Assembly: GCA_002505775.1 (NCBI GenBank)
Contig: DAVY01000009.1
Location: 23,356-87,355 of the forward strand
DNA length: 64,000 nt
Source of the DNA: Euryarchaeota archaeon UBA130
GTDB lineage: Archaea > Thermoplasmatota > Poseidoniia > Poseidoniales > Thalassarchaeaceae
Direction: 5' to 3'
The notes under the pieces were generated by a model. The model saw nothing but the letters and a program-made list of their open reading frames with translations. It was not told the origin of the DNA and searched no databases. A program made the position numbers and the translations under genes. Below, in pieces: positions 9,914 through 18,438 of this stretch. How positions within the stretch are numbered: position 1 is the stretch's first letter; each line of letters opens with the position of its first letter.

Positions 9914-10777
9914 ATGCAAAATTTAGTTAGCGACAAAGTCCCGATAACCGAGCTTTGCTGTCTAGAGATAGAGGGACCTGTAGCCATCATCACCATCTCA
10001 AGAAGTGAAGTATTCAATGCGTTGAATGTACAACTAATTTCCGAGTTGATAGATCTGATTACTTGGACCTCCTCAAGGTCCGCTGCGATAAACGGGACAC
10101 TGAATGACCCAAACGATATGCCTTACTTCAGAGCATTAGTGCTAAAGTCCGAGGGTAAGCATTTCTGTGCTGGTGCGGATGTCAATATGATGAGAGATGC
10201 TGGTGCGGCAAGTCCAGAGGAAAACAGAGCTGATTCCAAGAGGCTCGATACACTGTTTAACTCACTCTGGTCACATCCATGCTTCACTATATGTTGCGTT
10301 CAGGGCGTGGCTCTCGGAGGAGGCGCAGGTCTGGTTTCGTGTGTTGATCATGTAATTGCTGAACCGGGTACAAGAATAGCTCTCTCGGAAGGTAAGCTAG
10401 GCATACTCCCAGCCGTAATTGGTCCTTACGTATACAGGAAAACAGGTAGCTCCGAATTCAGGAGACTCTCAATGATTGCCAGCAGGATTTCTTCAGAAGA
10501 GGCTCTGAGGATTGGGCTGGTAAATGAAATAGTAGAGGATAAGAATAATTTTGAACAATCTTGCAGAGAGGTCATAGAAAATCTCCTCACTAGCGGCCCA
10601 ATGGCTGTCCACGAGGCAAAGAAACTGACCTTGGTATTCGATAGATGGACTGGTTCAGATGAAGAATTGAGAGAATGGACTCTAGAGAAGACAAGCGAGA
10701 TGAGAGAGTCCATAGAAGGTCAAGAGGGTCTTTCAGCCTTCTTGGAGAGAAGGCCTCCTAATTGGTCTCCGAAGTAG
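9914..10777 (+). CDS. Enoyl-CoA hydratase/isomerase family protein, probably methylglutaconyl-CoA hydratase
   Basis: Crotonase motifs (FCAGADVNMM, GVALGGGAGLVSCVD). It lies between the MCC subunits. ATG 9914 sits 4 nt after the upstream stop. The ORF-track start at 9866 overlaps the upstream gene. Confidence 0.8.
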   Translation: MQNLVSDKVPITELCCLEIEGPVAIITISRSEVFNALNVQLISELIDLITWTSSRSAAINGTLNDPNDMPYFRALVLKSEGKHFCAGADVNMMRDAGAASPEENRADSKRLDTLFNSLWSHPCFTICCVQGVALGGGAGLVSCVDHVIAEPGTRIALSEGKLGILPAVIGPYVYRKTGSSEFRRLSMIASRISSEEALRIGLVNEIVEDKNNFEQSCREVIENLLTSGPMAVHEAKKLTLVFDRWTGSDEELREWTLEKTSEMRESIEGQEGLSAFLERRPPNWSPK

Positions 10778-10793
10778 CTTGAGAGTGGTAGTC

Positions 10794-12347
10794 ATGTTTC
10801 CTGAGTGGATGGAGGGGGCGCCAACACCATTCTCATCCGTACTTGTTGCCAACAGGGGGGAGATTGCAGTCAGGGTGATAATGGCCGTTAAGGAAGCTGG
10901 ACTCAGGGCAATCGCCGTCTATTCAGATTCCGATAGTAATGCTCTTCATGTGGAAATGGCAGATGATGCAGTGCACCTAACCGGTAATTCTCTAACTGAA
11001 AATTACCTCAATTCTGAGGCCATAATATTGGCAGCAAAATCATCAGGTGCCCAAGCCATTCATCCAGGATACGGATTCCTCTCTGAGAGAGCAGACTTCG
11101 CTCGTGATGTCGCCAACGCAGGAATTATTTGGATAGGACCATCCCCTGAGGCTATAGAAACAATGGGTGACAAAATATCGGCTAGATCTAGAATGATAGA
11201 GTCAGGAGTACCTGTAATTCCCGGTGATGAAATAGCGATTCCAGAAGGAAGCGATCACATGGGAGCATTGGCTACTGTCGCTGCCAGGGTCGGCTATCCA
11301 CTACTCTTGAAGGCCAGTGCAGGCGGAGGTGGGAAGGGAATGAGAGTAGTTCACGAGCCGAAAATGCTCAGGACGGAGTATGAGGCAGCAGCAAGAGAAG
11401 CTTCTGCGGCATTCGGGGATGGAACAGTATATGTTGAGAGGTTGCTCACTGGAGCAAGACATATCGAGATACAAGTTCTAGCGGATAAACATGGGAACTG
11501 CATCCACCTAAATGAGAGAGACTGCTCCCTCCAAAGGAGACATCAGAAGGTCATTGAAGAGGCACCATCAACAGCGGTATCTAACGATTTAAGGAAGTCA
11601 ATGGGTGAATCTGCAGTTATGGCTGCAATGGCTGTTGATTATGTCGGGGCTGGAACTGTCGAGTTACTTCTTTCTCCAAATGGGCAGTATTATTTCTTGG
11701 AAATGAATACAAGGCTGCAAGTAGAACATCCAGTAACCGAGATGATTACCGGTGTTGACTTGGTCCAGAAACAACTCGAGATAGCATCAGGTATGACACT
11801 TGGAATTTCACAGGATTCCGTAGGAATAAATGGCCATTCAATTGAGGCCAGAATATATGCGGAGGATGCTAAGAGGGGCTTCCTTCCCTCAATTGGCACC
11901 CTAGGGGTTTGGATACCTCCGAGTGGTCCTGGAATCAGATTGGACTCTGGAGTCAGGCAAGGAGATTTAGTAACCGTTGATTTCGACCCTATGCTCGCAA
12001 AACTGATTGTTCATGCACCGGACAGGAGATCCGCGATTAGAAGAATGGATAATGCATTATCATCATTCGTCGCCCTTGGCGTAACTACCAATATAGGATT
12101 CCTGAGAAATGCACTATTGCATCCTTCTTTCACTTCAGGAAGCATAACAACAGACTTCTTGGATAGTACACCGATAAATGAATTCGATCCCAACTACACC
12201 GATCCGAAAATTATCGTGTCCATCGCAGCATCAGCCAAGAGATTAGGTCTCGATAAATTAGCAAACACCCTCTCAAGCTCAGATATGGACGACCATTCCG
12301 GTCATTCTGGCGACCCCTTCAGGACATTGTCCAGGAGATTTCCATAG
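10794..12347 (+). CDS. Biotin carboxylase portion of the acyl-CoA (methylcrotonyl-CoA) carboxylase alpha subunit
   Basis: ATP-grasp biotin carboxylase motifs: VANRGEIAVRV, GYPLLLKASAGGGGKGMRVV, YFLEMNTRLQVEHPVTE. It ends within the BT-domain region, not at a BCCP. Confidence 0.9.
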   Translation: MFPEWMEGAPTPFSSVLVANRGEIAVRVIMAVKEAGLRAIAVYSDSDSNALHVEMADDAVHLTGNSLTENYLNSEAIILAAKSSGAQAIHPGYGFLSERADFARDVANAGIIWIGPSPEAIETMGDKISARSRMIESGVPVIPGDEIAIPEGSDHMGALATVAARVGYPLLLKASAGGGGKGMRVVHEPKMLRTEYEAAAREASAAFGDGTVYVERLLTGARHIEIQVLADKHGNCIHLNERDCSLQRRHQKVIEEAPSTAVSNDLRKSMGESAVMAAMAVDYVGAGTVELLLSPNGQYYFLEMNTRLQVEHPVTEMITGVDLVQKQLEIASGMTLGISQDSVGINGHSIEARIYAEDAKRGFLPSIGTLGVWIPPSGPGIRLDSGVRQGDLVTVDFDPMLAKLIVHAPDRRSAIRRMDNALSSFVALGVTTNIGFLRNALLHPSFTSGSITTDFLDSTPINEFDPNYTDPKIIVSIAASAKRLGLDKLANTLSSSDMDDHSGHSGDPFRTLSRRFP

Positions 12348-12355
12348 GTGGTTAC

Positions 12356-12853
12356 ATGGATTGGGAGATTGCTGATTTAGAGGATAAATTCTCTGTTGAC
12401 CTGACTGAAAGAGAGGGAAAGGTTACCATTTCATCTGTTTCTGTTAATGGAATTACTGATGAATGTCCGGAGATTAGAATTTCACAGGTTGGAAAAAACC
12501 CTACAATTATTCTGGAGACCGAAAGCGGATCAAGACCCGCCCTCGTGATGAAAATAGATGGCAAATGGTGGATTCATCTGGAAGGAGAGGTATACGTTGT
12601 CAATGAGGTCGAGAAAGGAGGAAAGTCATCAGAATCGGCTGGGGGGCTCTCAGCTCCTATGCCCGGAACCATACTAGAAGTCATGGTTAAAGAAGGACAG
12701 AGAGTTAGGGAAGGGCAGCCTCTTATGACTATGGAAGCGATGAAAATGGAGCACAGGATAATTTCGCCAAAGTCAGGGGAGGTCATTTCCGTAAATTTCA
12801 ACAAAGGAGATAGAGTAGATATGGGTTCAACATTGGTTGAGTTGGGCGATTAG
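12356..12853 (+). CDS. Biotin carboxyl carrier (biotinyl/lipoyl) protein carrying the C-terminal part of a BT-like domain
   Basis: Biotinylation motif EAMKMEH within a PMPGTILEVMVKEGQRVREGQPL hammerhead. AGGTGG lies 5 nt upstream of the ATG. Confidence 0.85.
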   Translation: MDWEIADLEDKFSVDLTEREGKVTISSVSVNGITDECPEIRISQVGKNPTIILETESGSRPALVMKIDGKWWIHLEGEVYVVNEVEKGGKSSESAGGLSAPMPGTILEVMVKEGQRVREGQPLMTMEAMKMEHRIISPKSGEVISVNFNKGDRVDMGSTLVELGD

Positions 12854-12917
12854 GTTAGTTTGAGTTCAATGATTATTTCGGGTCTGCATTAATACGGGAA
12901 GACTACATCGAGGGACC

Positions 12918-13511
12918 ATGGAAGGCTTCACTCTAGCTATCGCGGCATTCATGGGAATCAGTTTGGCGGCGGCTTCCGGCTTCCGAGTTTTCCTTCCTCC
13001 ATTTCTAATGGCATTATCAGTCAGATCAGGAATTGTGGACATTGATCTTATCGGTACGCAGTTTGAATTTTTCACCACTACTCCGGCCATCATTCTGCTT
13101 GGAATAGCCATGCTCGCTGAGTTTGCCGCTTACTATGTTCCATTTATTGATAATCTGCTTGACACTATTGCTACCCCGGCAGCAATAATCTCAGGAGTCG
13201 GAATGACTGCAATCTCACTGGAGGGGAGCGAGCCAGTAATTCAGTGGGCAATAGCGATCGTTGCTGGAGGGGGGATGTCGGCGACAATTCAGACAGCCAC
13301 AGTCGCGGCAAGGGGAATCAGCTCAACCTTCACCCTTGGGACTGCTAATCCACTGGTAGCCACAAGTGAGAATATTGCCAGTGTTGCTCTTACCATAATC
13401 GCCCTATTGTTTCCCATATTAGCGATTTCCTTCGCTACATTGGTAGCATTGCTACTGATTAGGCGAAATATGGTCAAGGATAACGAAACCAATGGTGCCA
13501 GAGTCGCTTAA
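12918..13511 (+). CDS. DUF4126-family membrane protein
   Basis: The segments LAAASGFRVFLPPF and EFAAYYVPFIDNLLDTIATPAAIISG match my memory of the DUF4126 consensus. It has about 5 TM segments. Confidence 0.6.
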   Translation: MEGFTLAIAAFMGISLAAASGFRVFLPPFLMALSVRSGIVDIDLIGTQFEFFTTTPAIILLGIAMLAEFAAYYVPFIDNLLDTIATPAAIISGVGMTAISLEGSEPVIQWAIAIVAGGGMSATIQTATVAARGISSTFTLGTANPLVATSENIASVALTIIALLFPILAISFATLVALLLIRRNMVKDNETNGARVA

Positions 13512-15804
13512 TGCCAACCGATTTGAACTATTGCGGACACGTGGTACCGTGTCCCGTGAGCCGAGCGCCCAGTCCCCGATAAAAGAGGAAAGGCTCCGAA
13601 TCGGAAAGACGAAGAAGACAGCCGCAGGGATAGTGGGTGTTCAGAAGTCATTTTCAATCGGCTTTCATGAAGCGGGAATGAAGCGTACATTGCAGTCGAT
13701 GCTGGCCGTGAATAGGTTTGACGGATATGATTGTCCGGGATGTGCATGGCCAGATCCAGATGACCATAGGAGTAGTTTCGAGTTCTGTGAAAATGGTGCA
13801 AAGGCCTTCGTCACAGAGGCCACCAAGAAGAGAGTTACCCCAGAGAAAATGAGGGGGATATCTGTTACGGAACTGTCGAAACTTACTGATATGGAGCTGG
13901 ACAAGATGGGGAGAATAACAAATCCCCTGTTTCTGAAAGAAGGAGAGGATACCTATGAAGAAATAGACTGGGGGAGCGCATTCAAGATTATCGCATCAAG
14001 GATTAGTGGGTCTGATGATCCAGATGAAAATGTATTCTACACCAGTGGTAGAGCCTCAAACGAGGCAGCATTCCTTTGGGGGGTCTTGGCAAGACAAATC
14101 GGTACTAACAATCTTCCCGACTGCAGTAACATGTGTCATGAGTCCAGTGGTGTCGCCTTGTCAAGATCCATCGGGATTGGTAAGGGAACAGTAAAGCTGT
14201 CATGTTTTGAAGAAGCAGATTTAATTTTGGTAATAGGTCAAAATCCGGGAACCAACCATCCAAGGATGCTAACTGCATTAGCCGCATGCAAAGAGAATGG
14301 AGGATCTGTTGTTAGTATAAATCCCTTGGAAGAGACAGCAATGAAGAGATTCAAACACCCTCAGAATCCTTTGCATCTTATTGGAAGAGGGGTTCAGATT
14401 GCGGATGAGCATCTGCCAGTTAGGATCGGTGGAGACGCCGCTCTCCTTCAGGGATTCGCCAAGACCATGCTCTCACAGGGAGGAACTGATCCAGACTTCA
14501 TCTCAAAGAATACTTTGGGTTTCGAAGATTGGAAGAGGCATATAGAATCCACAGATTGGGAGACAATTGTCGAACAGTCAGGCATCTCCCGGGACAGAAT
14601 AGAGAAGACCGGTACCGCGATAGCCAAATCGGAGAGAATGATTGTATGTTGGGCCATGGGGCTCACACAGCATGAGAATAGTGTTGCTGTAATTCAGGAG
14701 GTCTCGAACCTCCTTCTTGCAGGGGGGCATTTTGGCAAGCCAGGTGCCGGAGCCTGTCCTGTTAGGGGCCATTCCAATGTCCAAGGAGATAGGACAGTCG
14801 GAATTAACCATCATCCTACTGAGGATTTTATCTCCTCCTGCGAAAATGAGACCGGGATAAATATGCCCCGGAATAAGGGGTACGATGTCGTAGAGTTCAT
14901 CCAAGCAGCATTACAAGGTAGGGTTAGGACATTCATGGCACTAGGTGGGAACCTAGTATCAGCAATGTCTGATACAGAGAGAGTCGCCGAGGCGATTTCC
15001 AAGATAGACTTGACAGTGCAAATATCAACCAAGCTCAACAGGTCCCATTTGATTACTGGAAGGGAAGCCTTGATCCTTCCCTGCCTTGGGAGGACTGAGA
15101 GGGATCCTGCTGGATTCGTGTCCGTGGAGAATTCCATGGGCTTGGTACATTCGAGCGAAGGCTCCTTGAAACCAGCATCAGAGAACCTACTTTCAGAGCC
15201 AGAAATAATCTCCAGAATAGGAAAAGAGCTCTATCCGGGAGGACCCATGGACTGGAATTTGTATAGCGACCATGAGAATACCAGGTACCTGATTTCCAGA
15301 TGTATACCCGGATTCGAGGATTACAATACCAAAGTACGCGCCAAAGGAGGTTTTTACCTTCCCAATGGCCCTAGAGATGGCCCAATCTGGAACACCCCCT
15401 CTGGAAAAGCGCATTTCTTCTGTCACGATCTTCCCAAAAGATCCTTGGAGGATGGAAGATTTATCCTAATGACCGTAAGAAGCCACGACCAGTACAACAC
15501 CACAATCTATGGTATGGATGATAGATACAGAGGCATTTACAACGCTAGGAGAGTAGTAATGATGAACAAAGATGACATGAAGGATATCGGTGCCTCTGCA
15601 GGTCAGGAAGTTAATCTGACGAGCCACTGGGAAGGAAGAAAAATACATTCAGAGAGGTGGAAGGTCGTACCATATGACATACCTAGAGGGAACCTCTGCT
15701 CCTACTTCCCTGAGGCGAACGTTCTTGTCCCACTGGAAAGTACCGCAGAAGGTAGCAACACTCCTACTTCGAAATGGATTGAGGTATCAGTTTCAACCAG
15801 ATAA
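13492..15804 (+). CDS. FdhF/YdeP-family molybdopterin oxidoreductase
   Basis: N-terminal Fe-S Cys motif (YDCPGCAWPDPDDHRSSFEFCENGAKA), molybdopterin oxidoreductase core, about 770 aa. It overlaps the previous gene by 20 nt. Confidence 0.8.
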   Translation: MVPESLNANRFELLRTRGTVSREPSAQSPIKEERLRIGKTKKTAAGIVGVQKSFSIGFHEAGMKRTLQSMLAVNRFDGYDCPGCAWPDPDDHRSSFEFCENGAKAFVTEATKKRVTPEKMRGISVTELSKLTDMELDKMGRITNPLFLKEGEDTYEEIDWGSAFKIIASRISGSDDPDENVFYTSGRASNEAAFLWGVLARQIGTNNLPDCSNMCHESSGVALSRSIGIGKGTVKLSCFEEADLILVIGQNPGTNHPRMLTALAACKENGGSVVSINPLEETAMKRFKHPQNPLHLIGRGVQIADEHLPVRIGGDAALLQGFAKTMLSQGGTDPDFISKNTLGFEDWKRHIESTDWETIVEQSGISRDRIEKTGTAIAKSERMIVCWAMGLTQHENSVAVIQEVSNLLLAGGHFGKPGAGACPVRGHSNVQGDRTVGINHHPTEDFISSCENETGINMPRNKGYDVVEFIQAALQGRVRTFMALGGNLVSAMSDTERVAEAISKIDLTVQISTKLNRSHLITGREALILPCLGRTERDPAGFVSVENSMGLVHSSEGSLKPASENLLSEPEIISRIGKELYPGGPMDWNLYSDHENTRYLISRCIPGFEDYNTKVRAKGGFYLPNGPRDGPIWNTPSGKAHFFCHDLPKRSLEDGRFILMTVRSHDQYNTTIYGMDDRYRGIYNARRVVMMNKDDMKDIGASAGQEVNLTSHWEGRKIHSERWKVVPYDIPRGNLCSYFPEANVLVPLESTAEGSNTPTSKWIEVSVSTR

Positions 15805-15805
15805 A

Positions 15806-15835
15806 AAATACTCTATTTCAAACTCTCGAGTATTT
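15806..15835. terminator. Inverted repeat between convergent genes; candidate bidirectional terminator
   Basis: AAATACTC (15806-15813) pairs with GAGTATTT (15828-15835) across a 14-nt loop. The repeat is flanked by A- and T-rich runs and overlaps the serS 3' end. Stems this short occur by chance, and only the position supports a function. Confidence 0.25.
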
Positions 15836-17093
15836 CCTTTTCCCCCATGTAAGGCCTGAGGACTTCCGGGACTCTGACCCTACCGTCTTTCAGCTGGTTC
15901 TGCTCCATTATGGCGACCAATGCCCTACTCGTTGCTACTGCTGTCGAATTCAGTGTATGGACGGATTCATTCCCCTCCTTTGTCCTATATCTCATCCTGA
16001 GTCTATTTGCCTGATAGTCGGTACAGTTGGAGCATGAAACAACCTCTTTGTAGGAACCGGCACCCGGTAGCCAAGCTTCAAGATCGTATTTCTTCGCCGC
16101 GACAGTCCCCATGTCTCCTGTACAAATGTTGACCACTCTGTAATGCAAGCCTAGGCTGTCCCAGAGATCTACAGCATTCTGCAGTAATTCTTCATGGTGA
16201 CCCCATGAATCATCAGGATGACAGATAACTATCTGCTCAATCTTAGTGAACTGGTGAACTCTCCAAATGCCTCTGTCTGACAGTCCGTGAGCCCCTACTT
16301 CTCTTCGGAAACAGGGAGAAACCCCAACTAACTTGACAGGTAGCTCATTCGGCTCGATTACCTCGTCCATCCTCATTGCTGTCAACGGATGTTCGCTGGT
16401 CGCAATGAGATAGTAGTTGTCTGGCTCGATACCGTACATAACGGTCTCAAAGTCGGATAAATCCGTTACACCCTCATAAGCCTCCCTGTTCATCATTAGT
16501 GGAGGTTGTACCAGGGTGTACCCCCTATCTATCAAAAAGTCTGCAGAGTACTGCTGAAGGGCCATCTCCATTCGTGCCAAATCTCCTTTCATGAAGTAGA
16601 ATCTGCTACCTGTGATTTTTGCGCCTCGTGCCTGATCAACCCATCCGTTCATCTCAATTAGATCGTTATGATTCCTAGCTTCGAAGTCAAGCTCAAGCTT
16701 TTCGCCATGTAGACTGTGGAGAGTATTTTTCTGGTCGTCTTCACCAATCGGAACATCAGGGTGTAGTATGTTCGGTACCTTCATCCTCAGGCTATCTCTT
16801 TTTCGAAGGCATTCCTCAGCAATCGAGCTTAGTTCCGCAATCCTTTCTCCTAGATTGGAGACTTCTGAGAGAATCTCTTCAGCTCTGGATGAATCCCCAG
16901 ATTTCTTCGCCTCTGCAATACCTTTCGCAGCCGCATTCCTCTCTCTTCTTATTTGGTCCGCATCATACTGGGCCTTGCGCCATTCTTCATCCAGTCGGAT
17001 TATCTCATCTATCGAATCATGGGGAATCCCTCTCCTGTCGTGATCCGCCCTAATCTGGCCCGCATTCTCACGGAACATGGTAATGTCCAGCAC
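15813..17093 (-). CDS. serS: Seryl-tRNA synthetase
   Basis: N-terminal coiled-coil arm plus a class II core (FRREVGAHG, TAVATSRALVAIMEQNQ). GTG at 17093 gives the typical N-terminus (V)LDITMFRENAGQIR and removes the overlap with the upstream gene. Confidence 0.92.
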   Translation of the reverse strand: MLDITMFRENAGQIRADHDRRGIPHDSIDEIIRLDEEWRKAQYDADQIRRERNAAAKGIAEAKKSGDSSRAEEILSEVSNLGERIAELSSIAEECLRKRDSLRMKVPNILHPDVPIGEDDQKNTLHSLHGEKLELDFEARNHNDLIEMNGWVDQARGAKITGSRFYFMKGDLARMEMALQQYSADFLIDRGYTLVQPPLMMNREAYEGVTDLSDFETVMYGIEPDNYYLIATSEHPLTAMRMDEVIEPNELPVKLVGVSPCFRREVGAHGLSDRGIWRVHQFTKIEQIVICHPDDSWGHHEELLQNAVDLWDSLGLHYRVVNICTGDMGTVAAKKYDLEAWLPGAGSYKEVVSCSNCTDYQANRLRMRYRTKEGNESVHTLNSTAVATSRALVAIMEQNQLKDGRVRVPEVLRPYMGEKEILESLK

Positions 17094-17146
17094 TATTATC
17101 GCCTCCTGCACATCACTATTGACTTTCAAGGAATCGGGAAAAATCA

Positions 17147-18388
17147 TCAGAAGAACGTGATGTCCTGCCAAAGGTTGCCTATTCCGAGGGCAAAGTATCC
17201 GGAAACCAGGTATCCTAGTATCGACCCCCCATTCAATAGTGGGAGTCCAGCTTGGGGCTTACCCATCGCTACTTGTGTCATAAGAGCTAGGTATCCCAGA
17301 AGTCCTCCTAATAATGTACCAAGGCCCACAATTAATGGATCAGAATACATCACCCCAAAAGCGCTGAAGAAGGTAATCTCGGAACCGGTCTGAGGTAAGA
17401 AAGAGACCGATGATATTACTAGCATTCCAGGAAAAATAACATCTCCGAGGCCCATGAATAGAGCATCCCTCCCGCCCTTCTTCACCTTCGCACTTTCAAG
17501 ATGCGGAACAGGGTCATCCCAGTCCATCCCCCCTGATTCATAATTGGGTTCGCTCATGACACTGTCTTCTTCATCAATGAATGAGTAATTAGTGCTCTTG
17601 GGAGCTACAAGAAGAACAGGAAGCTTCAGTCCAATCATGGTATCAGCGAGCTCCAACATGTGCTTACTGCCATTGACTGCCCAATGATCGTAAATCGCAG
17701 CGACAATCATGAACCCAATAATCAACACTGGGACGAAAGACACTCCAATTAGAGTGACTACTCCAGCTCCGACCATAATTCCAACCCCATTGACCACATA
17801 CCACTCAGGGAAGATATGCAGAAGCCAAATAGCGCCAATTGAAAATAACAAGGTCAGGACTACGAAGAATGGAATTTCAGAAAACATGAGGTGGATGAGA
17901 ACAATCCCGAAAAGAAACGCCAAAGAAATTGATTGTTTCTTTTTCGGATATCTGTAAAGTGAGAAGATAAGGGCTACATAGGTCACTAAGATAAAAGGGA
18001 TCACTGGATTGATCTCGGTTGTTCCACTGTAGATCATTCCCAATGCTACATATGGCTGGAGCGCGTAAAAGAGACTCATCCACAGCGCAAAAAGCACTAT
18101 CGCTTTAATGAAGAAATCACGACCCTTCCTTGCTAGCCAAATAATAACTATAGTGAAAATACCTATCATTGCGAGCTCAAGAGCTACATATGCGCCTTTG
18201 GAAGCACCCTCTTCGCCGAAGGCCCTCGCCTCTGGAATATTGTATAATGGCTGGATACTTAGTCCAATGAGAATTGTGGATACGAACATGAAAGCCATAC
18301 CAGTCATTGAAGCCCATTGATCTTTCATTGCGGCTAGCACACCGCCTCCGCCCCCTGCACTCATGCTTGCACGAACTTCAAGGGCCAT
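17147..18388 (-). CDS. Presenilin/signal-peptide-peptidase-type intramembrane aspartyl protease (A22 family homologue)
   Basis: The catalytic YD motif (AAIYDHW) and GLGD motif (FMGLGDVIFPGM) lie in adjacent TM helices, separated by an acidic loop. It has about 9 TM segments. The start is uncertain (ATG 18388 or 18364). The ORF-track start at 18472 would overlap folC. Confidence 0.75.
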   Translation of the reverse strand: MALEVRASMSAGGGGGVLAAMKDQWASMTGMAFMFVSTILIGLSIQPLYNIPEARAFGEEGASKGAYVALELAMIGIFTIVIIWLARKGRDFFIKAIVLFALWMSLFYALQPYVALGMIYSGTTEINPVIPFILVTYVALIFSLYRYPKKKQSISLAFLFGIVLIHLMFSEIPFFVVLTLLFSIGAIWLLHIFPEWYVVNGVGIMVGAGVVTLIGVSFVPVLIIGFMIVAAIYDHWAVNGSKHMLELADTMIGLKLPVLLVAPKSTNYSFIDEEDSVMSEPNYESGGMDWDDPVPHLESAKVKKGGRDALFMGLGDVIFPGMLVISSVSFLPQTGSEITFFSAFGVMYSDPLIVGLGTLLGGLLGYLALMTQVAMGKPQAGLPLLNGGSILGYLVSGYFALGIGNLWQDITFF

Positions 18389-18438
18389 ATCACCTTGACC
18401 CGTTCGCGCCCACCACCAAATCGCGCAGGATAAACCCG

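Noticed and set aside
12340-12360. The split MCC alpha subunit, considered as a pseudogene.
   Set aside because: I did not call it a pseudogene. Both halves are intact and full-length, and the junction carries a stop, an SD-like AGGTGG and an ATG with correct spacing. An assembly frameshift cannot be excluded without reads, as noted in the finding.
16768-17393. Plus-strand ORFs (16768-17043, 16953-17393) spanning the serS 5' region and the end of the presenilin-like gene.
   Set aside because: They are antisense to two supported genes. The 53-bp real intergenic gap cannot hold a gene.
18307-18438. N-terminal extensions given by the ORF track for folC (18307). The same applies to dCMP deaminase (19872), sdhA (33498), trhO (44192), pyrG (55311), tdh (55188), the thermosome gene (57997), serS (17171), the macro-domain gene (30158), the MFS gene (47719) and the M14 peptidase gene (63676).
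   Set aside because: In each case an internal ATG or GTG reproduces the canonical family N-terminus or signal peptide and removes an overlap with a neighbouring gene. The extensions have no family-like sequence.
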